In this document: positions 1-11,864 of the stretch, piece after piece | Position numbering within the stretch: position 1 is the stretch's first letter | How the letters are laid out: every line of letters begins with the position of its first letter | DNA from: Octopus sinensis | Taxonomy: Eukaryota | Assembly (NCBI RefSeq): GCF_006345805.1 | Contig: NC_043001.1 | Coordinates: 38,316,001 to 38,380,000, forward strand | Direction of reading: 5' to 3' | Length of the DNA: 64,000 nt | Made by a program: the position numbers and the translations under genes | The notes under the pieces: generated by a model | Told to the model about the DNA's origin: nothing | Seen by the model: only the letters and a program-made list of their open reading frames with translations | Database searches by the model: none

Positions 1-28
1 CAGACTGATGGAATAGATTATTTCACTG
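1..28 (+). CDS. IPO7: Importin-7 coding exon, partial (5' part outside window): QTDGIDYFT
   Basis: Matches vertebrate IPO7 QQDGFDYFT; followed by GT donor (gtgaga) at 29; phase 1. Confidence 0.85.
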
Positions 29-1516
29 GTGAGATTCTAAAACTTATTTCTTTCACTTATCTTTCTTCTAAAGCTTAACTGTAATATTTGTTTTATTCTA
101 AACTGTAATTAATCTTTTAACCTTTTGGTTTGGTAGCTGATTAGTTTTAATCAATCAAGCATCTGAAATGGCTAACAACTCATTTTCACAGATATTGTTT
201 TATTTTTTTTAACTATTTGCCAAATAAAAATATGAACATAGTCTTCTCTATGTATTTAATAAGCTGCAGGTACTGGCATCACTGTGGAACCATAGGGTTC
301 ACAGCTTCATCCCACTACATAGTCCCTTGGGCAAGTGTCTTCAAGGTTTTGGATTAACTAGTATTTTGTATAAGAAAATGGTTGACATGCATATATAGGT
401 AGATATTGGTAACAGGAAGAGCATAGAATACTGTCTTATTCACCTCCTACTAGTGTGATAAAAAGATATAAAAATGATGAGGAAGCTGATCACATTGTGT
501 CCTATTGTGAAATAAGGTCTTATGGTGAAATCATAGGTTTTTCAGAAATCTAGATTGAGAATTGAACTAGCCTGGATTCACTTCTCTTTCAAAGATGTGG
601 GAAAATAGTAGCTGAAATCTCTTAATATGTAAGCTCGATTACTTAATTGGTATATCGTTATCCAGCATTAATATCTAATATATCAAAAAACGGTGGGTTA
701 TGGACATGCATGCAGTTATATCTATATATGGCTATTTGTTCATTAAACTTAATGGATATGACTAAATATTTATTCATAACTCCATGTTATGCTGATACTC
801 TAGGAAGCTGTGTGGGTCATGATGACATAGTTTATGTAGCTTTTTCCTTTAGTTAGTCAATCAGCCTTTACAGTTCACTGTAAGGTTATAAGATGTAAAC
901 GTAATGTTTTTGTTTTTAATTTAAGGCACAACTCAGTATTTATTGTATATCCACTGTCAACCAAATTAGAAAATTTTCAGTATCATTTTCACTTTACACT
1001 TGATGATCAGAAGGATAACCAACTTTTTAAAAAGCTACTGCCACTTTTCCTGTAGTTACCTAAAGACTTTCACTATTGTTACAAAAATAGTAATTGCTGG
1101 ATTTATTTGAGATAGAACTTGATTGTTTTTAAAATAAAAGCTCATCTATGTTAGTTTTGACTAGTGAATAAAATTTTTGCTTACCTAATTTTAATTAGGT
1201 TGTACATTGCTTGCTGTCTCCATTAAACATAGGTGTAATTTAGTGACACATACATTAATAATAGTTGTAATGGTAATTATTTCTGTTATTGCTATTAAGG
1301 TAGTGGAGTTGGGAAAATGATGGTAGAATACTAAGCTAAATAAATACTTTTTTGTATATAGATTTGTCTCTGTTCAGATTAAAATCTTGCTGATAAAATA
1401 TGAGTTACTTGTTGAGATTCATTCAATTGTTTTCAGTTTTCACTTCAGAATTGTGGATTGTGTCAATGTAATAAATCATCATAATTAGTTATAGTTGTAT
1501 GTGATTTACCATTTAA

Positions 1517-2291
1517 CCCTTCAGTGTTCAGACCAGTGAAAACTGGCTGAAAATAATTCCCCTTCACTTGTTTGAACTGGCCGAATCCAGCCATATGATT
1601 CCTCTATGAAATCACTAAAAAAATAAACAAATCACATTATTGAATTCTCGAGACTTGGTTTTTTTCAATGTTTGAAGAGAAGATTATATCTTAGTTTTTA
1701 AAGACGTGGCGTCAGCAAGTAGCAATTCCAACTTTGAAGGTTTTACTCTTAATGATGTACAAAATATAAACGTAGACAACAGTGATTTATCTTCGGATGA
1801 ATCTGATATTGATATTCATGAATCTTTGTCGGATGAGGAAGATTTTGAGAACGAAAGTGATAAAAATGAAAGTGATGAAAATGATACTGAAAACATTACA
1901 GCAACATGGTTGCAGGTTACTACATCGACCTAGTCAACAACACAGTCTACGTCCCAATGCTCAATCATTGGACTATTTATTTTTATTTTTGCCAAAATGC
2001 TTTTTTGAATTTGGTATGGAGATAATAAATATGCTCGACACATTGCTTTTACACCTGTTAATTAAATTTACCTGCCCATAAAAGTCAAATCTACTCAGCA
2101 AGATCAGCTAAAATTACATAACTATAATCTTTTGGTATATAAGCACCCACTGACAAAATTTCAAATAAGTATGTAAAAAATTAACAAAGTTACAAGCAAA
2201 TATTGTGGACACCCCTCTTGAATCTGAATAATTCAAAATAATGTGAGCAAATAAGCATTACATTTGACAGATTAATCTGAACACTAAAGAG
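1517..2291 (+). mobile_element. Internally deleted piggyBac element (copy A)
   Basis: TTAA at 1513-1516, then TIR CCCTTCAGTGTTCAG; right TIR CTGAACACTAAAGAG at 2277-2291; acidic transposase N-terminus MASASSNSNFEGF (1706-1933) homologous to copy B. Confidence 0.85.
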
Positions 2292-2401
2292 TTGTGGTAA
2301 AAACAGTTCTCATTCTAACAAATATGAAAACATTAGTGGTTAAGTAGTGTCAACAGTCTCAACCAACAAATGATTAACAATGTCTTTCTTTTTAATTGTA
2401 G

Positions 2402-2499
2402 ATATGATGCCAGCTTTGCATAACTATGTAACTGTGGATACACCTAGTTTTCTATCCCAAAGAGAACACTTGGAAGCTGTTTACAACATGTGTAACACA
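2402..2499 (+). CDS. IPO7: Importin-7 exon: DMMPALHNYVTVDTPSFLSQREHLEAVYNMCNT
   Basis: ttgtag acceptor, gtatgt donor; matches IPO7 DMMPLLHNYVTVDT; 98 nt. Confidence 0.96.
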
Positions 2500-2549
2500 G
2501 TATGTATATTCATTGATGCGTTTTCTTTATTATAATTGAAAATTTTTAA

Positions 2550-2640
2550 CCCCTTTGATGCCAGTCCTTCTGAGACTGTCCCTTGTTCTATGAAACAAAC
2601 TTCCTGTTTTAAAGTGAGTTAGATCACAACCTTCCATAAA
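2550..2640 (+). mobile_element. 5' part of piggyBac-type (TTAA) MITE, interrupted by a SINE
   Basis: ttaa|cccctttgatgcc...ctgagact...ttctatgaaacaaacttcctg; homologous to copies at 6157 and 8583. Confidence 0.6.
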
Positions 2641-2644
2641 CATC

Positions 2645-2965
2645 ATAGGCACAGGAATGGCTGTGTGGTAAGAAGTTTGTGTCCTGATCACATAATTCTG
2701 GGTTCAGTCTCACTGTGTGGCACCTTGGGCAAGTGTTTCCTGCTATAGCCTCAGGTCTACCAAAACCTTGTGAGTGGATTTAGTAGACGGAAACTGAAAG
2801 TGGCCTGTTGAGTGTGTGTTTGATTTCCACCACTGCTTGACAACCACTATTGGTGTTTTTATGTTCCCTGTAACTTAGCAGTTTGGCAAAAAGAAACTGA
2901 TAGAATAAGTTACCAGGCTTAAAAAAAAATAAGTATGGGGGTTAATTCATTTGATTAAAAATTTT
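2645..2965 (+). mobile_element. Octopus tRNA-derived SINE, family 1 (degenerate)
   Basis: Shares caccttgggcaagtgt, ccttgtgagtggatt.gtagacggaaactgaaag and gatagaataagt cores with copies at 21316, 24011, 28122 and 28758. Confidence 0.85.
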
Positions 2966-3789
2966 CTAAGTTCTTGATTATTTTCAGAGTTAATTGAAGC
3001 AAAGACTGTATTTCAATAGAAATATGGTAGCAAATATAAAAATTTACTTTCTGAGATTTTGTACATTTTATTTTCCATTGCTGCTGCAGCTATTTGGAAA
3101 CTAAGTTGAAGATTAGTTCTTTTTAATGCTATATAAAATTTTAAATAAATTGCTTTTAAAGCAAAATAAAGCAATAAACTAAGCAAACTAGCAATAATTA
3201 ATGAAATATGCCAATATGGCATATGAATCCATATCACAATCTGGCCCTTGACTCACTTGAGTGGAGTCAGGTTTGAGGACAAGTTCTTCTCTTCCTCAGC
3301 GGGGCCATGAATGTTGCTTTTCTTCTGACTCATTAACTCATGGGTGTGGGTAAGGAAACACCATTTAGATATTTATTAAATTAGCCATTAGTGTAGTTGG
3401 GTAAGTTGGTAACATATACTTAGGTGTGTTGGCAACAAAAGTATTGCTTTCATGTTTTCTGCTACAGTAATTTATAGTAAAATTAAGATGTTTTTCTCTT
3501 CGTGTATTGAATAACCACAGAGAAAACCTTCAGATTTGCATTGGCTTTTAGTGAAATTGATATACCTTCTCTCATATTTTCATTATTTTTTTAAGTAAAA
3601 CCTGCCAGTTCGCTGGAAAGTTTTGACATCAATTACAAAAGTTTAAGATTTTGTTCATTTGACTACTTAAAGTTAACTATTGTATACTCACTATGCTAAT
3701 TCAAATGTTGCTTTGATAGTTAAGAATTGTAATATAGTTTCTCATTAGTTGAGAAATAGTAAGATGCAACACAAGATAATCAATAAAAA

Positions 3790-4020
3790 GGGGGTTGTGT
3801 AGCAGCAATCAACTCTGAGCAGATGTATTGTATATAGTCAGTTAACACTAGGCCAGCCATAATTGAGCAGACTAGTCATCTCAATCCTGTCTTTTTGTAT
3901 ACCAGGTCAACATTGTCCAATGTATTTATCCTTTAAGTTGTATGGTGTTATGTGAGGGAGATTTGGCTGCACTTTCCAGCAGGCTGAATAACCATGTAAA
4001 AGCTTCCTTGTTGACTCACA
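3790..4020. mobile_element. Dispersed octopus SINE-like repeat (family 3)
   Basis: gagggagatttggctg core is the reverse complement of cagccaaatctccttc in the copy at 55990-56180; related copy at 57030-57215. Confidence 0.55.
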
Positions 4021-4527
4021 TATAGTCAGTCTAGATTCACAGGACTAGTATTTCTGATACATTGTACCTCCACCTCATTGAGAATCTCACAGCTCACCCT
4101 GATGTGAAGTGGTTCATTATATGGAATAAGTGAGGAAATCTGGCCCAGCTTCATTTTTCTTATTGGTCTAGTTGATTCTTAAAGCCTGGTCTTGTGATAG
4201 GCAACTTGGATTCACTCAAGTACAACAGTTGCTGTTACTTTGCATCTTTTTCTAGTGGTATGTGTCCCAGTGTAGAGTTTTGAACTGTTGGAAGGTTATT
4301 GATATGTTACTAATATTTTTTTGTAGATGGCCTTTCTCTGTTTTTCTAGACTGCTTAAACTCGTGACCCCCCCTCTCACTCACTCACACACACACACACG
4401 CACGCACGCACACACACACACACACAACACACAACACACACACACACTTAAAAAGATTCTTTGTATTTATCAGCATTTCTTTTAAACCAGCATACTTAAG
4501 ACAATGCCTAATTTTAATTATTTTCAG

Positions 4528-4620
4528 GTGTTGTTTGCTGATATAGGAGAAGATGCAGAGTGTCATGCTGCTAAACTCCTTGAAGTTATTCTTCTGCAAT
4601 GTAAAGGACAAGTTGATCAG
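4528..4620 (+). CDS. IPO7: Importin-7 exon: [31 protein letters not shown]
   Basis: ttttcag acceptor, gtaatt donor; invariant [14 protein letters not shown] motif; 93 nt. Confidence 0.97.
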
Positions 4621-4823
4621 GTAATTTTGCAAATTGTTTTTATCACTACTGAATGATTTTTATATGAAACTGCCCTTTAGATAAACTGATTGCTTCTGAA
4701 AACATAAGAGAATTTTGTATTTTATCAGTTGATCTTTAAATTAAATACTACTGAAATGAAATGTACAAATGTTGAGGTTGAATGTACTAATTCTTGCTCT
4801 ATTCTTCTATATCTAATTTGTAG

Positions 4824-5044
4824 GTTGTACCATCATTTGTTGAACTAGCTTTAAAACGATTAACCAAAGAAGTAAAAACATCAGAACTGAGGACAATGTG
4901 TTTACAAGTTGTCATTGCTGCTCTTTATTACAATCCACCACTGTTATTTCAAACTCTCCAGAAAATAGTTATTCCCAATGTTACATGTTCCATAACTTCA
5001 CAATTTCTCAATTACTGGCTTGGTGACATCGACTGTTTCCTTGG
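4824..5044 (+). CDS. IPO7: Importin-7 exon: [38 protein letters not shown]...[10 protein letters not shown]
   Basis: ttgtag acceptor, gtacgg donor; conserved [12 protein letters not shown] and DCFLG; 221 nt. Confidence 0.97.
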
Positions 5045-5247
5045 GTACGGTTTTTGTTTTACTTGCTTATAGTTCTTTTTTAAATGTAACTTTTCCTGTT
5101 TTGCAAATAGTAAAATTAGAACTGAAATATTTCACCAGTTAATCTCTTGACAAGCTTTCTTATGTGTTATTGATTACATACTTTTAAAATAGTGTTTAGT
5201 TCAATGTAATATCTTGATTGTTGACTTGAGTTTTCCTTTCTCTTTAG

Positions 5248-5393
5248 TCTCCATGACCGAAAAGTAAGTGTCCTTGGTCTGTGTTCATTAATTAATACAC
5301 CAGGAAATAGACCTAATGAAATCACTGAAATAGCTCGACATATCCTTCCAGCAGTGTTATTACTTTTCAAAGGATTGAAACGAGCTTATGCCA
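5248..5393 (+). CDS. IPO7: Importin-7 exon: [14 protein letters not shown]...[12 protein letters not shown]
   Basis: ctttag acceptor, gtaagt donor; conserved LHDRK and LLFxGLKRAYA; 146 nt. Confidence 0.97.
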
Positions 5394-5852
5394 GTAAGTT
5401 ATCCTTATAAGAAATTCTAAATTTTTTTCTTGTTCTAAGTTTTGAAATATTCTCATGCATTTATTTAAAATTTAGTATTTCTAATTTTTATAGCTTAATA
5501 ATTATGTATAAGGCTTAGTCAGGGAGAAGAGTGGTGCCCACAACTGCTTTAAATTTTGTATTGCACTACAAATTTCTAATGAAAGATTCTGAATATTACC
5601 ATCATGTATTCATTATTGTTCCTGAAGTGAATCTAATGAGAAATGTACATAAAGGAAATATAAAATTTAAGTGAAGTACTGAATCATTAAATTTTGTGTC
5701 TCTTTCCACAAGGAATCATTTAAGGGATCAGATATATATCCTAAATTGAAGGTCATTTAAAGATATGTAAATTGGATTGTTGCAGTAATAATAATGTTTT
5801 ATGTTTATGGATTTTTTTTTTAAATATTAAAATTTTTCAAACTTTGTTTCAG

Positions 5853-5915
5853 GTAAAGCTCAGGAATTGGACTCTGAGGAGGAGGAAGAAGATGAATTGG
5901 AAGATGGAGAGCAAG
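5853..5915 (+). CDS. IPO7: Importin-7 acidic exon: SKAQELDSEEEEEDELEDGEQ
   Basis: tttcag acceptor, gtatta donor; phase 1-1, keeps frame; acidic loop as in IPO7/8; 63 nt. Confidence 0.88.
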
Positions 5916-5944
5916 GTATTAGAGAAATTTTTCTAATTCAGTTA

Positions 5945-6139
5945 CAGTAATCCCTCGCCATATTGTGGTTCATGTATTGTACACTCAGTACATCACAGAT
6001 TTTTCTGTGTAAATTTATATTGTGAACTCCTCAGTATATTATGAATTTCCACGGCTGATAGGTATTTGTTTTTTAGATTTTAATTATTTCTGTGGAAGGT
6101 TTCAGAATGTAACATCCGTGATAGTCCAAGGGATTACTG
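5945..6139. mobile_element. Tc1/mariner-pogo (Tigger-like) MITE, 195 bp
   Basis: TA|CAGTAATCCCT ... AGGGATTACTG|TA: 11-bp perfect TIR with TA target duplication. Confidence 0.8.
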
Positions 6140-6156
6140 TACCCTGATATGACTAC

Positions 6157-6345
6157 TAAACTCTTGATACTAAGCTGCCTGAGACTATTCCAGGTTCTAT
6201 GATACAAACTTCTGATTTCTAAATTAAAACTGTTCATCAAAATTTCTTCATTAGTTTCAAAATTAATTGAAAGGCCTATACTTAATTTCAAAATTAATTG
6301 AAAGAAAGGCTTGTATTTCTACAAATATTTTTATAGAAGAGTTAA
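6157..6345 (+). mobile_element. piggyBac-type MITE (degenerate copy)
   Basis: ctgagact..ggttctatgatacaaactt...aaattaattgaa...gtatttc...agaagagttaa; same family as 2550 and 8583. Confidence 0.6.
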
Positions 6346-6365
6346 TAATTTCAGATGCTTTTATT

Positions 6366-7540
6366 TTATAGAATACAGAAACTTATTTCTACCATTGTCA
6401 GTGGTTTATTAATATAATTTTTTACGCCATTGAAAACTGAATTCTGGGAAATGTACTTATTCTCATAAATTTTCAATTTTGCTTTTTTTATATCCAGTAG
6501 CATCCCTTCTCTACTTGCAACTACTGTAGCGCAGAAATGTACTCTACCTTTATATTCCACCATACCCTCATCAATGGTTAGGTATTTCCCTGGTCTGTAC
6601 AATGTTTTATATGCATTTTGAATGCAGTTGATAAGGGGTCTTATTTTGAATATTGAATCAAAGTTTGGTTCTCCACAGACTGGGGTATTGCCAGTATCTC
6701 TTATATGTAGGTACTGTGAAAATTTTAAAAAATTTGTCCATTTAATAATACTGGAAACATTGGTCTCCAAAAGGTTCATCGCTGCTTCAGTAGTTAATTA
6801 TTCTTGGTAGCTTTATTATACTCATATTTATATTGATAGCAAAAGATGCTTAGATTTTGGCTAACCATGTGGGAGACCACAAACTATCTTATGATTTTGC
6901 TTATATTTTGTGTAAGGATTAGTTCCCACTGTAATTGTTTCAAACAAAGAGGAAAAAAAACAAACAAAAAGTCTATCTTTATCTCTTATGAAAGACTGTG
7001 ACTAGGTCCAGTCTTTTCAGAAAAATTAGTAAGAAAAACAATTTTTCAAACTTTTACTTCAGTCAGTTATAAATACATTTTTTGTTGCTTAGTAATCATT
7101 GGAATCACTTTGTGAATTAGAAATATCTGATTCATACTCAGGCATGTTGTGGTTTTTGTGTTTGCTCTATATTTTGCTTGATTTTTCATGTGTTCAGTTG
7201 AAAATCCTTCAAGTTTTGATTTACTACTTGACAATGTGAAATTGGTATCCATTGTTCGTCAGTATTAAAAGTTTTCAAAAAAAATCAATGTAGAAAAAGT
7301 AATGCAAGATCAAAATTTCTAAAAATTCACAGAGGTCAAATATCATGCCAAATAATGTTGTTTATGTAGTGAAATCACATGTTTTCACAAACGGTTGAAA
7401 TAACCTAGTCATATTTAGATGAGAACTTCAGTAAGTTCTCATCTAAATATGACTAGGTTATTTCAACCGATTTCAGCCGGTTTGGTAACATTCGTCAATA
7501 AAATTCTTAGCTGGCTATGGCTGCCTTAGTAATGAAAGGC
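6366..7540 (-). mobile_element. Decayed piggyBac transposase element (copy C, different subfamily)
   Basis: ORF 6366-6779 has FLKFSQYLH..D....KIRPLI.....Y.PGKYLTIDEGMVEYKGR (PGBD catalytic region); N-terminal SKLEGF at 7067-7252; TIR-like end aaaggc|taa near 7540. Confidence 0.8.
7392..7469. repeat. Perfect inverted repeat, 37-bp arms with 4-nt loop
   Basis: cggttgaaataacctagtcatatttagatgagaactt-cagt-aagttctcatctaaatatgactaggttatttcaaccg. Confidence 0.97.
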
Positions 7541-7673
7541 TAATGTTCTGCTGACTTATTCACCTCCTGTCAGCATGGAACGGAGAGTACAATAAAACAC
7601 CAATATGGTGATGAACATGATCATCAGCTTCCCTGTGTGAATTTGAAATTGTTTTTTTTTTTTACTGGTCAAG

Positions 7674-7741
7674 ATATTTTGGAAAGTGATGAAGATGAAA
7701 TCAATGAAGAAGGTCAGGAATATATTGAGAAACTAGAAAAG
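7674..7741 (+). CDS. IPO7: Importin-7 exon: DILESDEDEINEEGQEYIEKLEK
   Basis: poly-T tract plus AAG acceptor, gttagt donor; matches SDEDDIDEDGQEYLE; 68 nt. Confidence 0.93.
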
Positions 7742-8244
7742 GTTAGTGTAGCTTTTTGCTTTGTCAGTTTGACTTTTTCATGTTTTTGCCATCTTCATAA
7801 AGTACTTTATGTTTTGAGTTGTCTTTCCCTTCTCAAATTTTGAAATATTTTGTGATCATGCTAGTCTTTCAAACAGTGTTACTTAGAACTGTTTTGCATT
7901 ATCTATTAATTTCATTGGCTCTAGCCAATTTCAGTGAAACAAAATGTAGTATGCTAGTGTTTTAAAAGTATGTAGATAATTGTAGTAAAATATTTATATC
8001 AATAGATGTTTGGTTCCATGAGTATGAAATGTTTGAGACTAGAAGCACTGTCATATACTATCATGCATAATCTGCTAGAAACAAAGCATCGGTGTATTTA
8101 AATGAGAGGTTAATTGATAAAAGTATATTGTGTTTAAAATATAATTTAATATCATGATACGGAAGGTCTTGGTTTTTTTCTATTACTGCTTCATAAGTGA
8201 TTTCATTAACCTGTTGAACTTAACTAATTCTCATATAATTTTAG

Positions 8245-8386
8245 TGCCAACAATCAGATGAAGACACAGACGATGACTTTACAGAAGATGGTGCCGATGA
8301 AACTGCATTAGAAAGTTATTTGACTCCTTTGGATGATGAAGACTGTCTTATTGATGAATATATTGTATTTAAGGATGTCCTTACTT
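8245..8386 (+). CDS. IPO7: Importin-7 exon: CQQSDEDTDDDFTEDGADETALESYLTPLDDEDCLIDEYIVFKDVLT
   Basis: ttttag acceptor, gtaagt donor; matches EETALEGYSTIIDDED..DEY.IFK; 142 nt. Confidence 0.95.
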
Positions 8387-8564
8387 GTAAGTGTTGTAAT
8401 TTTTCTTTTATATAATTTACTTTTGGTATTCTTATATTGATCAGGCATATAGAATTTCTAACTAGATTAAGGATGTCCTTACTTGTAAGTGTTGTAATTT
8501 TTCTTTTATATAATTTACTTTTGGTATTCTTATATTGATCAGGCATATAGAATTTCTAACTAGA
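8369..8564 (+). repeat. Exact 98-bp tandem duplication spanning an IPO7 exon end and 5' splice site
   Basis: 8369-8466 repeated at 8467-8564, both containing ccttactt|gtaagt. Confidence 0.95.
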
Positions 8565-8582
8565 ATATTAATGATATCTTAA

Positions 8583-8786
8583 CCCTTTCATTACTATATT
8601 TCTGTTGAAATACAGTGCTTTTGTTTCAATTAATTTTGAAATAATTAATTTAGTAAAATAATTTTTGTCACTTGGTGTTTGGAACAAATTAACATGAAAT
8701 TTTGAAGGAAGGTTTTAATTTACATCACTGTAAAATAGGAAATTTATAGAACCAAGAACAGTTTTAGACAAGTGGTATTAAAAGGG
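8583..8786 (-). mobile_element. Complete piggyBac-type MITE, 204 bp
   Basis: TTAA|CCCTTTCATTAC ... GTATTAAAAGGG|TTAA; reverse orientation relative to the 2550 and 6157 copies. Confidence 0.85.
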
Positions 8787-9957
8787 TTAAAGAGCCTGGA
8801 AAGCTGATTCCATTGCATATTGATTTTACACAGCGCCTTTGAATTATATATTTAAGACATGATTTATCATTTAAAATTTTATTGCTTTGAATTTAGAGTG
8901 CATCGTTTAGTTTCTTAGTTTCTGCTAGTAGAGACTGTTAAAATGCTTCATATTAAGGAATATTTTAACCTTTAATGACAGGCTTTTGCTTGAGACCAAG
9001 ATTAATCATGTTTGTTGTCATGTTAGGTGACATTAGCTTATATTCTTTTAAGTTTAAATCGTGCTTTAGTCAGTTTTGCCTGTCTGCCTTTTGAGGTCAA
9101 AATAAGTACGAGTTCAATACTGAAGTTGTATTTAATTGTATCTTTCAAAGCATTGCTTCTTGCTGAGGATAATGACTGAAACCTGTACAATAATAAAATA
9201 ATTGGTATTCTACAATACTATTTAATTCATTTTATAAGAATTGCATGGGGTGATCCTGCATTTCACACTTGTCCAACTATCAGCTCAAAAATGAATGTTA
9301 AAATGAAAACAGTAGAAAATATAATTTCTCTTGGAAGTAATTCATCTGCTACAAATTTCTAAATGTTTATACTAGTTGGGTTTCATTTCTCAGAGCAAAG
9401 CAAAAGCATATTTCCCCTATGTTGTTCTTCTATAATTTGTTAGTATTAAATTAGTTGAGGTTTACAAGAGTAAATATATTACATATACTTTGTGCTTGTA
9501 TGACACACAAGTTATTTAACATGGTAATACATTTATCAAATCTTCTTTCAAGTGAATCCATTACATACTCTGATTGTAAATTGAATCCCAAGCACGTAGA
9601 CTATGGTCTGGACCAAGAAATTTGGTTCTCCAGGACAGGTTTATGATAATGTCACAAATCCAACATGCTAAGTAACTTGTAAAATAGCAGCACCTATTCC
9701 AGATAGTGACGGTTCATAGTAAATGAAGTTATGAGTTTTTATTTTGTTCAGATTGTACCTATTGTAAAGTTGTATGAATACAATGTTAAAAAAATTGTCA
9801 TAAATGAAATAGCATTCAAGTGAGGATGTTACTAAATTCATATGGCTGAGTTAGTAACATCAGTTTAAAATATGCTAAAAAAAGGAAATTATCTTTGATA
9901 TATCACAAGCTTTACATAATTTTCTGACCCGTTTCAAATATAACCTTTCTTTTGCAG

Positions 9958-10074
9958 CCCTTCAGACAGCAGATCCTACCTGGTACAGTGCCTTGACTTC
10001 TAGTCTTCATGATTACCAAGCTAAAGAATTGGAAGAAGTATTTCGTTTGTCTGAACAACGGAGAGCTGCAGCAG
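9958..10074 (+). CDS. IPO7: Importin-7 exon: LQTADPTWYSALTSSLHDYQAKELEEVFRLSEQRRAAA
   Basis: ttgcag acceptor, gtgggt donor; matches P.WY.ALT...QRRAA; 117 nt. Confidence 0.95.
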
Positions 10075-10319
10075 GTGGGTTGAGGAAATAAAAAAAAAAC
10101 AAACAAATTTTTTTCTGAAAAGTTTTGTCTGTAGAAGCAATAATCACTAAAAACACAAGGATAATATATTTTCTCAAATACCCAAGCAGTAGTAGATAGC
10201 TTCTGTTACCCAGTGACCTAATTAGCAGAGGACGAGAATCTGAAAGTATAGTAGCCCAGAATAAGAGCATGTTGGAAAAAGCTCAGAGAACTATTAATCA
10301 TTGTGGGAAACACACAAAC

Positions 10320-10500
10320 TGCAATGCTACATGATAGTTAGACATGGGCCTCTGAAAGTAGAGGACACAAGATTGGAAAGAAGTGAAGCAAGCATGCTCT
10401 GCTAAATGTGCATGAATGGCAGAGTTCAATTGTGAGAAAAAACAAAACTGGGCAATGGGCATGTGTCGCTTATGCATGAGGACAACTGTTTAAAGAAGTG
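10320..10500 (+). mobile_element. RTE-clade LINE fragment (post-RT region), decayed
   Basis: Disrupted translation resembles MLHGSETWA..EDM.RLERNEASMLRWMC...GHV.RM.EDSC.KKC. Confidence 0.55.
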
Positions 10501-11864
10501 CTGATTGCATTCACTCATTCTTATCATCCCCTTTCCTATTTATCATCAATGGTCTCTCTGCATTCACTTCTAATCCCATCTCAACCGGTTCACAGTTCTC
10601 AGTATCTGAGATACTGACAAAATATGTTCTGTTTGATGTAAATAGTTCCTTCTTGTGTGTGTGTTTATTTTGCTTGAGGCAGTGCCCATCCTCTTAGACT
10701 AGTGAGCTCAATGCATTAAAGTTCCTCTTGAACCATTCTAAATCAACAACTGTGGGAAGATATGAACAAGGAGGGGATTCTAGAGGGATGGCATTCTGGA
10801 AAAAAGGACAAGATATAGTGGTTAATGTGGGGGTCTGATAGTTGGGCATAACAAGGGGGTGATGATAGGAGGAGAGATAAGTAAAATAAGAGTGCAGGAA
10901 TGAAAGCAGCATGAACGCAGCTATTTTTGAGGAGTAGAGGCCATTATAGTAGTGGTAGAAAAGGCAGAGATAGGAGCCAGTGGCTTTATGCCTCTCTGAT
11001 GTATGTGCTTTTTCTTGATGTATGAAGTGTCATTTTTAAAGCAAATCATATTTCTAATGCAGCTCACTTTAATCAGTTTGTGATTATTTTCTAGTGTTAT
11101 ATCTCTGATAATGCCATCTGACATTTTACTGTTGTGTCCAGTGGCATGTGTATGTATGTTGGTGGTTGTCATTGGGTGTGCTCTCACACTGACCCTATGC
11201 TATGACTAACATTAGTATTACTCAAATTAGGCATACAAACTGTATTTCTGATACTGCCCAAGTATTTGGTGTGTTAACGCCAGAATTCGGTCTGACTTAA
11301 GTTTTGTTTTTTGACTTTTAAAAGTGTATTATTAGTTGTGAAAATGGATTAAGATGAAAGTTATATGATGATATTGTAAGAAAAAAAAATAATTAGTTTT
11401 AGTTTAGGAATTTTAAATCAATTTAAACATACAACTTTAAGCCATGGAAATGAGTGTGCAGCTGTGCTGTCAAAACTGTCGTAACCCTTTGCCATTGATT
11501 TTTTGCCATTCTCCCAATACACTTGGTACCATATCTTGATACAATGTGGTGTGAGGTGTACCGTGTTATTTCAGGACATCCACCACCAAATTTCGAGCAG
11601 AAGTATAACAAAAATTTTCCATTGTGATTTGAGATTAAATTAATGAGTAAGATTAATATTTATAATTTGCCATTTTCGAAGGTTGCAGTACACACCTAGC
11701 GCACTTAGAATATACATCCCTGGTTGTACCCCCCCCCCCCCCTGCCAAACCATCATTGTTGATTTTACAAAATTTCAGTGGACACTAGCAATTCTTCCTA
11801 CTGCTAGTGTTTAGTTTGGTAAAACTGTCTCGTATACTTAGGTTTGCTACATGGATTGGTTTAA

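Noticed and set aside
11423-11611. Possible hAT fragment (DMVPSVLG resembling DGAPSMLG)
   Set aside because: Single weak motif, no termini
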